Positions 23,532-33,286 of a stretch of 64,000 nt of DNA are shown here, in pieces. The stretch is taken from assembly GCF_000027125.1 (NCBI RefSeq), contig NC_017626.1; one strand, given 5' to 3'. The position numbers and the translations under genes are program-made. The stretch is from Escherichia coli 042 (GTDB taxonomy: Bacteria; Pseudomonadota; Gammaproteobacteria; Enterobacterales; Enterobacteriaceae). Below the pieces are notes generated by a model. It was not told where the DNA came from. It saw only the letters and a program-made list of their open reading frames with translations, and ran no database searches. The stretch's first letter is position 1. The number at the start of each line of letters is the position of its first letter.

Positions 23532-25565
23532 ATGACTCAAGTCGCGAAGAAAATTCTGGTGACGTGCGCACTGCCGTACGCTAACGGCTCAATCCACCTC
23601 GGCCATATGCTGGAGCACATCCAGGCTGATGTCTGGGTCCGTTACCAGCGAATGCGCGGCCACGAGGTCAACTTCATCTGCGCCGACGATGCCCACGGCA
23701 CACCGATCATGCTGAAAGCTCAGCAGCTTGGTATCACTCCGGAGCAGATGATTGGCGAAATGAGTCAGGAGCATCAGACTGATTTCGCAGGCTTTAACAT
23801 CAGCTACGACAACTATCACTCGACGCACAGCGAAGAGAACCGCCAGTTGTCAGAACTTATTTATTCTCGCCTGAAAGAGAACGGTTTTATTAAAAACCGC
23901 ACCATCTCTCAGCTTTACGATCCGGAAAAAGGCATGTTCCTGCCGGACCGTTTTGTAAAAGGCACCTGCCCGAAATGTAAATCCCCGGATCAATACGGCG
24001 ATAACTGCGAAGTCTGCGGCGCGACCTACAGCCCGACTGAACTGATCGAGCCGAAATCGGTGGTTTCTGGCGCTACGCCGGTAATGCGTGATTCCGAACA
24101 CTTCTTCTTTGATCTGCCCTCTTTCAGCGAAATGTTGCAGGCATGGACCCGCAGCGGTGCGTTGCAGGAGCAGGTGGCAAACAAAATGCAGGAGTGGTTT
24201 GAATCCGGCCTGCAACAGTGGGATATCTCCCGCGATGCGCCGTACTTCGGTTTTGAAATTCCGAACGCACCGGGCAAATATTTCTACGTCTGGCTGGACG
24301 CGCCGATTGGCTACATGGGTTCCTTCAAGAATCTGTGCGACAAACGCGGCGACACCACCAGCTTCGATGAATACTGGAAGAAAGATTCCACCGCCGAGCT
24401 GTACCACTTCATCGGTAAAGATATCGTTTACTTCCACAGCCTGTTCTGGCCTGCCATGCTGGAAGGCAGCAACTTCCGCAAGCCGACTAACCTGTTTGTT
24501 CATGGCTATGTGACGGTGAACGGCGCGAAGATGTCCAAGTCTCGCGGCACCTTTATTAAAGCCAGCACCTGGCTGAATCATTTTGACGCCGACAGCCTGC
24601 GTTACTACTACACTGCGAAACTTTCTTCGCGCATTGATGATATCGATCTCAACCTGGAAGATTTCGTTCAGCGTGTGAATGCCGATATCGTGAATAAAGT
24701 GGTTAACCTGGCCTCCCGTAACGCGGGCTTTATCAACAAGCGTTTTGACGGTGTGCTGGCAAGCGAACTGGCTGACCCGCAACTGTACAAAACCTTCACG
24801 GATGCCGCTGAAGTGATTGGTGAAGCGTGGGAAAGCCGCGAATTTGGTAAAGCGATCCGCGAAATCATGGCGCTGGCAGATCTGGCTAACCGTTATGTCG
24901 ATGAACAGGCTCCGTGGGTGGTGGCGAAACAGGAAGGACGCGATGCCGACCTGCAGGCAATTTGCTCGATGGGCATAAACCTGTTCCGCGTGCTGATGAC
25001 TTACCTGAAGCCGGTACTGCCGAAACTGACCGAGCGTGCAGAAGCATTCCTCAATACAGAACTGACCTGGCATGGTATCCAGCAACCGCTGCTGGGCCAC
25101 AAAGTGAATCCGTTCAAGGCGCTGTATAACCGTATTGACATGAAGCAGGTTGAAGCACTGGTGGAAGCGTCTAAAGAAGAAGTGAAAGCAGCTGCCACGC
25201 CAGTAACTGGCCCACTGGCAGATGATCCGATTCAGGAAACCATCACCTTTGACGACTTCGCCAAAGTTGACCTGCGCGTGGCGTTGATCGAAAACGCAGA
25301 GTTTGTTGAAGGTTCTGACAAACTGCTGCGCCTGACGCTGGATCTCGGCGGTGAAAAACGCAATGTCTTCTCCGGCATTCGTTCTGCTTACCCGGATCCG
25401 CAGGCACTGATTGGTCGTCATACCATTATGGTGGCTAACCTGGCACCACGTAAAATGCGCTTCGGTATCTCCGAAGGCATGGTGATGGCTGCCGGTCCTG
25501 GCGGGAAAGATATTTTCCTGCTAAGCCCGGATGCTGGTGCTAAACCGGGTCATCAGGTGAAATAA
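23532..25565 (+). CDS. metG: Methionyl-tRNA synthetase
   Basis: HLGH (HIGH-class) motif near N-terminus, KMSKS motif, C-terminal tRNA-binding domain; start at MTQVAKK. Confidence 0.95.
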   Translation: MTQVAKKILVTCALPYANGSIHLGHMLEHIQADVWVRYQRMRGHEVNFICADDAHGTPIMLKAQQLGITPEQMIGEMSQEHQTDFAGFNISYDNYHSTHSEENRQLSELIYSRLKENGFIKNRTISQLYDPEKGMFLPDRFVKGTCPKCKSPDQYGDNCEVCGATYSPTELIEPKSVVSGATPVMRDSEHFFFDLPSFSEMLQAWTRSGALQEQVANKMQEWFESGLQQWDISRDAPYFGFEIPNAPGKYFYVWLDAPIGYMGSFKNLCDKRGDTTSFDEYWKKDSTAELYHFIGKDIVYFHSLFWPAMLEGSNFRKPTNLFVHGYVTVNGAKMSKSRGTFIKASTWLNHFDADSLRYYYTAKLSSRIDDIDLNLEDFVQRVNADIVNKVVNLASRNAGFINKRFDGVLASELADPQLYKTFTDAAEVIGEAWESREFGKAIREIMALADLANRYVDEQAPWVVAKQEGRDADLQAICSMGINLFRVLMTYLKPVLPKLTERAEAFLNTELTWHGIQQPLLGHKVNPFKALYNRIDMKQVEALVEASKEEVKAAATPVTGPLADDPIQETITFDDFAKVDLRVALIENAEFVEGSDKLLRLTLDLGGEKRNVFSGIRSAYPDPQALIGRHTIMVANLAPRKMRFGISEGMVMAAGPGGKDIFLLSPDAGAKPGHQVK

Positions 25566-25576
25566 TCCCCCTTCAA

Positions 25577-25604
25577 GGCGCTGCATCGACAGCGCCTTTT
25601 CTTT
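25577..25604 (+). terminator. Rho-independent terminator of metG
   Basis: ggcgctg-catcga-cagcgcc hairpin followed by ttttctttat. Confidence 0.85.
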
Positions 25605-25705
25605 ATAAATTCCTAAAGTTGTTTTCTTGCGATTTTGTCTCTCTCTAACCCGCATAAATACTGGTAGCATCAGCATTCAACTGGATAAAATTACAGGGAT
25701 GCAGA

Positions 25706-28700
25706 ATGAGACACTTTATCTTTCAGGACGAAAAATCACATAAATTCTGGGCGGTGGAGCAACAGGGAAACGAGCTGCATATTAACTGGGGTAAAGTCGG
25801 CACTAACGGGCAAAGTCAGGTAAAAAGCTTTGCAGATGCTGCGGCGGCGGCAAAAGCGGAGCTTAAGCTGATCGCAGAGAAAACGAAAAAAGGCTATGTG
25901 GAAAATGCTTCAGCAAACGTGCATATCCCCCCCATCACCAAAGCCACTCCTGAAGTTGAAACCTCCCTTGAGAGTAAAAACAAACGCCCATGGCTGGCTG
26001 ATGATGCAGTCATTCCGGTCACTGACGATATTAATCGATTTGCTTTTCCTCATCGCTCTCGCCCCAGAGAGATCAATTATCTGTACAAAGATGGTCAAAT
26101 ATGGCAGCTCATCGCGAATAACACCAGGGCATATGATCCCGCCAACAATTACCGTTCTTATCCAGAAAACTGGCAGCAGGCTTTTGCTGAGTTACAAATG
26201 CGAGTTCAGGGTAATCAACAGACAGGGAGTGCACAATCTGATGCAGCATTGCTCTGGAGTTTCTGGAACTCTTACTCTGCAGATGAACTGGTCGATGACT
26301 TAGTCATTCGCTGTGGTCTGGAAAGTGCCGTTGAAATTGCCCTTCTCGCTCTTCAACTTAGATATAAACCAGTAAAAGGCGCAGTAACCACCATCATTCC
26401 ACCTAATCACAAAGCAGAATCGCTGCCGAGTTGGCATCAACGTCTATGTCATCATCTTTCACTCGCTTCAGAAGATGAGTGGCAACGCTGTGTAGATAAA
26501 GTACTCGCCGCCATTCCGACGCTATCCCCAGCACGGCAACCTTTTGCGGCGTTACTGCTCCCCGAATGCCCGGATATTGCCAATGCTATGGCGCTACGTT
26601 ATGCAGATCAAAACGTTCCGGCGATGACCTGGTTAAGACTGGTGGTAACCGATGACGCCGCTCTGACTACAGCAGAAAAATACGACTTCCCACCGTTGTA
26701 TCATGATTTTCGCGCTTATCTGGCAATGTTGCTGGCAAATAATGGGGTGCGCGGTGTAAGCCGGATACTTCTTGAGTTTACGGAAGAGCATTCTGACAAT
26801 CCCACTTATCTTTTCGAGCGTATCAGCGAGACTGAAGATCTTGTCAAATGGCTATGGAAAACGAATCACCCGGATGCGATTCAAATTCTGATCCTCGGTG
26901 TGATTGGCAAGAAAAAGCACCTGGAATACTTAAGCAAAGCCTGTCAAAAACATCCCGCTGCGGCTCTTGCCGCTTATGCTACTTTGCTGGCAATACATGA
27001 AGACAAAGAGTGGCGTAAAGCGCTTGTCAAACTGATTACCGCCACGCCAGAGTTAGTCACTGACGTCATTCCCAGGGTTAATGCTAAAGCGGCAGGAATT
27101 TTATCTGAATGTCGTACTCAGTTAGTCGCTGAAGAATGTGAATACGCCACTGCGGATATGTTGCCGGAGCTGTTTGTCGCTCCACCGTGGGTAATAAATA
27201 AGAAAACGAATGTAATACCCGTATTTGATTTACCGGTGCTTCCCATCCCTGCCGTCACTGACATCACGCCAGGAATTACAGAGTTAATCAGTCATACTGA
27301 CATATCCAGATTCAGTGAAATCGCGCAATTTCAGTCATCACAGCAAACCTTATTTACCGACCTGCCACTAATTGAAAAAGAAAGCTGGGAGACATCTTTC
27401 ATTCCTTTTACACCAGAACAACAAATCCTTTGGCAATTAGGTTTTAATGAATGGCTGCATTGCGAAGATGACTTACATGAAAAAAAATATATACCGCAAA
27501 GCGCTGTTGATGCGTTGTTGCGCTTTGATTTTCCAGCACTAAAAGCTGAGTTTGCGAAATATCACAACAATGCCAACAAAAGCTGGAATCTATCTGCGCT
27601 TTGTTACTTACCGGGACAACAGGCGATTTCATTTCTCAACCAAATAATCATTGAGGAGCGATATTCAGGTGAGAAAGAGATTCTGGCGGTTTTTGGTAGT
27701 ACAGCCATTCCTGCGTTTATGACCTGCTTGCAACGAGATCATCAACGACTGTGGATATTCACCCTCTTTATTGGGGCCAGTGAACTAGCCTTACCAATGG
27801 CGCAGCGGTTACAGAAAAAAATGGCTTACAAGGATGCCGTTAATTGGCTGGCAAATAACCCGCGCCATGCCACCGCCGGGCTACTGCCTTTGGCGCTGGG
27901 CAAACCGTGCCAAAATCGGGAATATGCCCGCCAGGCACTCCGCCTGCTAGTGAAATTAAACCAGCGAGAAACGATTGAAGAAATCGCCCGGAGATACAAC
28001 CAACCTGATGTTTTAGCTGCGCTGGCAACATTGTTCGATAGCGATCCGCTGGAAGAATATCCCGCTAAAATCGCCCCACCGCCCGGCTTTTATCAGTTCA
28101 CCTTATGGCGCAGACCACGGCTTAAAAGTAACAACCTGCCTCTGCCAGATGACGCTATGCGCCACCTGGGCACAATGTTGAGCTTTCCACGCGACATTAC
28201 CGCCTACGCTGGGCTGGCGACCATCAAAGAGACCTTCACCCGCGAATCACTGGCTGACTTTGGCTGGGATCTGTATACCGCATGGACAGAAGCTGGCGCA
28301 CCCGCAAAAGAAAACTGGGCATTTACTTCGCTGGGGATTCTAGGCAATGACGACACCGCGCGTAAACTAACCCCGCTCATCCGCGCCTGGCCGGGTGAAT
28401 CCCAGCATAAACGCGCGGTTTACGGGCTGGATGTGTTAGCCAGTATCGGTAGCGACATTGCGCTTATGTTGCTTAATGGCATTGCGCAAAAGATTAAATT
28501 CGTTGCATTACAGGAACATGCCAGCGACAGAATCAATATGGTCGCCGAAAATCGCGGACTGACAATGGCCGAACTGGAAGATCGCCTGGCACCGGATTTA
28601 GGGCTTGATAGCAGTGGCTCGCTGACACTGGATTTCGGCCCACGCCAATTCACCGTTGGTTTTGACGAAACTTTAAAACCTGTAGTGCGCGACGCAAACG

Positions 28701-29503
28701 GCAAAGTCCTGAAAGATTTGCCCAAACCAAACCAGAGCGATGAAAAAACTCAGGCAACTGACGCGGTTAATCTCTTCAAACAGTTGAAAAAAGATGTACG
28801 CGCCATAGCCAGCCAGCAGATTGATCGTCTGGAACAGGCTATGTGCCAGCGCAGACGCTGGACGGCAGAGCAGTTCCGCCTGTTTCTGGTGGAGCATCCG
28901 CTGGTACGTCACTTAACCCGACGGCTGTTATGGGGGGTTTATAACGATGAAAACGCCCTTATCACCTGTTTTCGCGTGGCAGAAGACAGCACTTACAGCG
29001 ATGCGCAGGATGAGTTATTCACGCTGCCAGCAGGAAACATCGGTATACCGCATGTGCTGGAAATCCCCCCTGAATCCGCCGCTGCATTCAGGCAAATTTA
29101 CGTTGATTACGAACTGCTTCCCCCTTTCCAACAGCTCGAACGTGGTAGTTACCACCTTGCTGATAACGAACGTAATGTCCATGAATTGTCACGCTGGGAC
29201 GGACGGCTCTGCCAGGCTGGTCGCATTGTCGGGCTGGAACGCAGAGGCTGGCAACGTCTGGAAGAAAGCGGCAGCGTCTATGCGATGCGCAAATCTACCC
29301 CTTATGGTGCTCTCGAACTTGAAACAGAACCTTTTTCATTAATTTATGGCGAAACGGGGTATAGCGACCTGCTGCCTGTCGAAAGCGTAAAAATCACCGC
29401 CCCTTATGATCGCTATGGTAAACAATCCTCACCCACTTTCTCCGTGCTCGACGACATCACCGCCAGCGAGCTGATTAACGACATTGAATCACTGTTTGAT
29501 TAA
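25706..29503 (+). CDS. molR: Large WGR-domain / DUF4132-like protein, paralog 1 (molR-like, intact here)
   Basis: 1265-aa uninterrupted ORF; N-terminal about 75 aa (KFWAVEQQGNELHINWGKVGTNGQ...KKGY) fits the WGR domain pattern; C-terminal two-thirds homologous to paralogs 2 and 3. Symbol is a tentative assignment. Confidence 0.75.
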   Translation: MRHFIFQDEKSHKFWAVEQQGNELHINWGKVGTNGQSQVKSFADAAAAAKAELKLIAEKTKKGYVENASANVHIPPITKATPEVETSLESKNKRPWLADDAVIPVTDDINRFAFPHRSRPREINYLYKDGQIWQLIANNTRAYDPANNYRSYPENWQQAFAELQMRVQGNQQTGSAQSDAALLWSFWNSYSADELVDDLVIRCGLESAVEIALLALQLRYKPVKGAVTTIIPPNHKAESLPSWHQRLCHHLSLASEDEWQRCVDKVLAAIPTLSPARQPFAALLLPECPDIANAMALRYADQNVPAMTWLRLVVTDDAALTTAEKYDFPPLYHDFRAYLAMLLANNGVRGVSRILLEFTEEHSDNPTYLFERISETEDLVKWLWKTNHPDAIQILILGVIGKKKHLEYLSKACQKHPAAALAAYATLLAIHEDKEWRKALVKLITATPELVTDVIPRVNAKAAGILSECRTQLVAEECEYATADMLPELFVAPPWVINKKTNVIPVFDLPVLPIPAVTDITPGITELISHTDISRFSEIAQFQSSQQTLFTDLPLIEKESWETSFIPFTPEQQILWQLGFNEWLHCEDDLHEKKYIPQSAVDALLRFDFPALKAEFAKYHNNANKSWNLSALCYLPGQQAISFLNQIIIEERYSGEKEILAVFGSTAIPAFMTCLQRDHQRLWIFTLFIGASELALPMAQRLQKKMAYKDAVNWLANNPRHATAGLLPLALGKPCQNREYARQALRLLVKLNQRETIEEIARRYNQPDVLAALATLFDSDPLEEYPAKIAPPPGFYQFTLWRRPRLKSNNLPLPDDAMRHLGTMLSFPRDITAYAGLATIKETFTRESLADFGWDLYTAWTEAGAPAKENWAFTSLGILGNDDTARKLTPLIRAWPGESQHKRAVYGLDVLASIGSDIALMLLNGIAQKIKFVALQEHASDRINMVAENRGLTMAELEDRLAPDLGLDSSGSLTLDFGPRQFTVGFDETLKPVVRDANGKVLKDLPKPNQSDEKTQATDAVNLFKQLKKDVRAIASQQIDRLEQAMCQRRRWTAEQFRLFLVEHPLVRHLTRRLLWGVYNDENALITCFRVAEDSTYSDAQDELFTLPAGNIGIPHVLEIPPESAAAFRQIYVDYELLPPFQQLERGSYHLADNERNVHELSRWDGRLCQAGRIVGLERRGWQRLEESGSVYAMRKSTPYGALELETEPFSLIYGETGYSDLLPVESVKITAPYDRYGKQSSPTFSVLDDITASELINDIESLFD

Positions 29504-29515
29504 AAGGATTTAACA

Positions 29516-32500
29516 ATGAAAACCTATATTTATCAGGACGAAAAATCACATAAATTCTGGGCGGTGGAGCAGCAGAGAAACGAGCTGCATATCAACTGGG
29601 GCAAAGTCGGCACTAACGGGCAAAGTCAGGTAAAAAGCTTTGCTGATGCTGCGGCGGCAGAAAAAGCGGAACTGAAGCTGATTGCGGAGAAAACAAAAAA
29701 GGGCTACGTAGAAGAAGTATCCGTGATAACACCGACATCTGTCCCCGTCCAGGTTATCGAATGCCCCGAAATAGCCCCTTTGCCACAAGACAAACCAGTA
29801 TTTGTTGGAGACAACCTCCCCTGGCTGGCAGACGACGCCCAAATCATTTTACCGACAGAGGTTGCGCCAACCACACTAAGTCATCGACGCTGGCCTGGCG
29901 ATCCTGTGCCACAGGAGAATGAATTAACTCTGCTACGCTCCGTCGCCGCGAATACTCACCGACGTTTTAAAAAGGTGATCACCTTCGATTACAGCACCTG
30001 TTCACTGGACTGGCAGCAGGCGATAACACAAGCAGTGGGCCTTATCGACTCGCCGATTAGCACCACGCTACCACCGATGGTTCTGGCGGTACTGGTTGCG
30101 CTGGAACAAGGCTTCAATCGTAACGATCACGAAGAGTTAATGGATCAAATTGTCCAGGAAGGTGGTCTGGAATATGCCACTGAGGTTGTCATTGCACTGC
30201 AATTCATCCGCTTCGACTGGGATTATGATGCCCATCTTATTACGTTCACCCCGGATGACAGGCAGCCTGGCTATCTGTTGCGCTTTGCCTCGGTTGAAAT
30301 GCGCCTGCGTAAGCATTTCTCACTTGCAAATGACGATGTATGGCAGCGCTGCGCCGACAAACTGATTGCCGCTCTCGGAAACATGCCCGCCTGGCACCAG
30401 CCGCTGGTTGCACTATTGTTGCCGGAAAAACCAGAAGTAGCTCATGAGATTGCCAGACATTTTTGCGGGCAAAAAGGGTTATATGCGCTGGAATGGCTAA
30501 AACTGACGGTCACCGATGCTCAGGTATTAGCAGACCTGGAAAAATACTATCCAGGACAGCCTGGGCAGGTATTTGATGATTACTATGGCGGTAACATCTG
30601 GTGTGCGACAGCACTCCAGGAGCAAGGAGTCACTGCGCTGGCCCGTTTTGCCCATTACGCTACTGGTGACACATGTGGTGAAGTGTTGATGCATATCAAC
30701 CACCCGCAGGCACTTACACTACTTATCCATGCAAGCGAGCAAGGAAAGCGTTGCCACGATCGCATGACAAAGGCTTTCGTTCGCTTCCCACACGCAGCGC
30801 TGGCGGCATTAGCAGAACTTCTGGCACAAAAAGATGAAAAGCGCTGGCGCATGATGCTAATGACGATGCTTATCTCGCAACCGATACTAGCAGAACAGGT
30901 CATTCCCTGGCTCTCGACACCCGCAGTTGCCGTACTGAAATCATGCCAGCAACAACTGAAACAGCCCTCAAACCATGCCAGCGCCGATATGCTGCCAGCC
31001 ATATTAGTCTCACCGCCCTGGCTTTCGAAAAAGAAAAAATCTGTAATGCCGGTATTGGATTTAACGCCATTACCGCTGGAGTCATGCTGCACATTGACCG
31101 AGACGGCAGAAAAAGAGATTCATGCAAGGCATCGCTGGCACGCACATCAAATAGACATCGGCCAAAAAGAGGATATTCAGAACTACCTGACACGTCTGGG
31201 TTTCAATCGCTGGAATAATGGCCAGTATATGAAAGCGTCTGATGCTGTTGTAGAACTCTGGCAGAGGGGAGATTATTCTGCGCTAATCAGCGAATTTAAA
31301 ACCTTCTGGCACTCCTATCAACGGGAATGGCAACTTTACATGTTAGCCGCCCTGCCTATCGAAAAAACAGCGCAGGCGTGGAATGTCCTCAGTAAAGAGC
31401 CACACGTCGGTGTCGAGTTTGTCATGACGCACCTGCAACTCGCTGGGTTACAGGGTTTTATTCACTCCTTTTCACGCTATCCACAAGAAGCTCTGCCTGT
31501 AGCACAATATTTTGCGGCTATCGAATTAGCGCCACTGATCGCCCGCGCCTTCAACAAACTCAAAACCCTACGACAAGACGCCCGTAGCTGGCTGCTGAAA
31601 TACCCGGAACACGCCATTACCGGCCTGCTGCCCGCGGCGCTCGGCAAAGCCGGTGAAGCCCAGGATAACGCCCGCGCTGCCTTGCGTATGCTTACCGAAA
31701 ACGGTCATCAGCCATTACTGCAAGAAATCGCCCGGCGTTATAACCAGCCGGAAGTAACCGATGCGGTGAACGCTCTGCTTGCGCTCGATGCCTTAGATAA
31801 TCACCCGACAAAAATCCCCACTCTTCCGGCCTTTTATCAGCCATCGCTCTGGACCCGCCCGGTATTAAAAGCAAATGCCCAATCACTGCCAGATAGCGCC
31901 CTCCTACGCCTCGGTGAAATGCTCCGCTTCCCTCAGGAAGAGGCACTGTATCCGGGATTATTGCAGGTGAAAGCCGCCTGTACCGCCGACTCACTGGCTG
32001 AATTTGCCTGGGATCTGTTTACCGCCTGGCAGACCGCTGGCGCACCGTCTAAAGAAAGCTGGGCATTCACTGCGTTAGGTGTTCTCGGCAACGATGACAC
32101 CGCCCGCAAACTGACGCCTTTGATTCGCGCCTGGCCTGGCGAATCCCAGCATAAACGCGCCACCGTCGGGCTTGATATCCTCGCCGCTATCAGCAGCGAT
32201 ATCGCCCTGATGCAGCTTAACGGCATCGCCCAGAAACTGAAATTCAAAGCCTTACAGGAGCGGGCGAAAGAGAAAATTGCCGACATTGCCGAAAGCCGCG
32301 AACTCACGGTAGCGGAGCTTGAAGATCGCCTGGCCCCGGATCTGGGACTGGATGATAACGGTTCGCTGCTGCTGGATTTTGGCCCACGTCAGTTCACCGT
32401 CAGCTTTGATGAAACCTTAAAACCGTTTGTGCGCGATGCTTCCGGCAGCCGCCTGAAAGACCTGCCCAAACCAAACAAAAGCGATGATGAATCGCGGGCT

Positions 32501-33277
32501 GATGAGGCGGTAAACCGCTACAAACTCCTGAAAAAAGATACGCGTACCGTCGCCGCCCAGCAGGTGACAAGGCTTGAATCCGCCATGTGCCTGCGCCGCC
32601 GCTGGTCGCCGGAAAACTTTCAGCTCTTCCTGGTTGAACACCCGCTGGTTCGCCACTTAACCCGCCGTCTGATTTGGGGCGTTTATAGCGCCGAAAACAA
32701 GCTACTGGCTTGCTTTCGGGTGGCGGAAGATAACAGCTACAGCACCGCTGACGATGATCTTTTCACCCTGCCAGAAGGCGATATCTCTGTTGGCATTCCT
32801 CACGTTCTGGAAATATCACCCACGGATGCCGCTGCCTTTGGTCAGCTTTTTGCCGACTACGAACTGTTACCGCCGTTCCGCCAGCTCGACCGTAACAGTT
32901 ACGCCCTGACAGAAACCGAGCGCAATGCCAGCGAATTGATCCGCTGGGCAGGCAGAAAATGCCCGAGCGGTCGGGTAATGGGGCTGGCGAATAAAGGCTG
33001 GATGCGTGGTGAACCGCAGGACGGTGGCTGGATCGGCTGGATGATCAAACCTCTGGGCCGCTGGTCGTTAATCATGGAAATCGATGAAGGTTTTGCGGTC
33101 GGCATGTCGCCAGCCGAACTCAGTGCCGAGCAACTCTTAAGCAAGCTGTGGCTATGGGAAGGCAAAGCGGAAAGCTATGGCTGGGGGAGTAATTCAACAC
33201 AGGAAGCGCAGTTCTCCGTACTCGATGCCATCACCGCCAGCGAACTCATTAACGATATTGAAGCCCTGTTTGAATAA
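29516..33277 (+). CDS. Large WGR-domain / DUF4132-like protein, paralog 2
   Basis: 1253-aa ORF; first about 200 nt nearly identical to paralog 1, central region divergent, C-terminal region similar at protein level; 12-nt gap with SD after paralog 1. Confidence 0.75.
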   Translation: MKTYIYQDEKSHKFWAVEQQRNELHINWGKVGTNGQSQVKSFADAAAAEKAELKLIAEKTKKGYVEEVSVITPTSVPVQVIECPEIAPLPQDKPVFVGDNLPWLADDAQIILPTEVAPTTLSHRRWPGDPVPQENELTLLRSVAANTHRRFKKVITFDYSTCSLDWQQAITQAVGLIDSPISTTLPPMVLAVLVALEQGFNRNDHEELMDQIVQEGGLEYATEVVIALQFIRFDWDYDAHLITFTPDDRQPGYLLRFASVEMRLRKHFSLANDDVWQRCADKLIAALGNMPAWHQPLVALLLPEKPEVAHEIARHFCGQKGLYALEWLKLTVTDAQVLADLEKYYPGQPGQVFDDYYGGNIWCATALQEQGVTALARFAHYATGDTCGEVLMHINHPQALTLLIHASEQGKRCHDRMTKAFVRFPHAALAALAELLAQKDEKRWRMMLMTMLISQPILAEQVIPWLSTPAVAVLKSCQQQLKQPSNHASADMLPAILVSPPWLSKKKKSVMPVLDLTPLPLESCCTLTETAEKEIHARHRWHAHQIDIGQKEDIQNYLTRLGFNRWNNGQYMKASDAVVELWQRGDYSALISEFKTFWHSYQREWQLYMLAALPIEKTAQAWNVLSKEPHVGVEFVMTHLQLAGLQGFIHSFSRYPQEALPVAQYFAAIELAPLIARAFNKLKTLRQDARSWLLKYPEHAITGLLPAALGKAGEAQDNARAALRMLTENGHQPLLQEIARRYNQPEVTDAVNALLALDALDNHPTKIPTLPAFYQPSLWTRPVLKANAQSLPDSALLRLGEMLRFPQEEALYPGLLQVKAACTADSLAEFAWDLFTAWQTAGAPSKESWAFTALGVLGNDDTARKLTPLIRAWPGESQHKRATVGLDILAAISSDIALMQLNGIAQKLKFKALQERAKEKIADIAESRELTVAELEDRLAPDLGLDDNGSLLLDFGPRQFTVSFDETLKPFVRDASGSRLKDLPKPNKSDDESRADEAVNRYKLLKKDTRTVAAQQVTRLESAMCLRRRWSPENFQLFLVEHPLVRHLTRRLIWGVYSAENKLLACFRVAEDNSYSTADDDLFTLPEGDISVGIPHVLEISPTDAAAFGQLFADYELLPPFRQLDRNSYALTETERNASELIRWAGRKCPSGRVMGLANKGWMRGEPQDGGWIGWMIKPLGRWSLIMEIDEGFAVGMSPAELSAEQLLSKLWLWEGKAESYGWGSNSTQEAQFSVLDAITASELINDIEALFE

Positions 33278-33286
33278 GGAAAGAGC

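Noticed and set aside
23850-25421. 523-aa minus-strand ORF antisense to metG
   Set aside because: Lies entirely inside the strongly supported metG coding region, has no RBS context and Arg/Phe-rich low-complexity composition typical of antisense frames in GC-biased genes.
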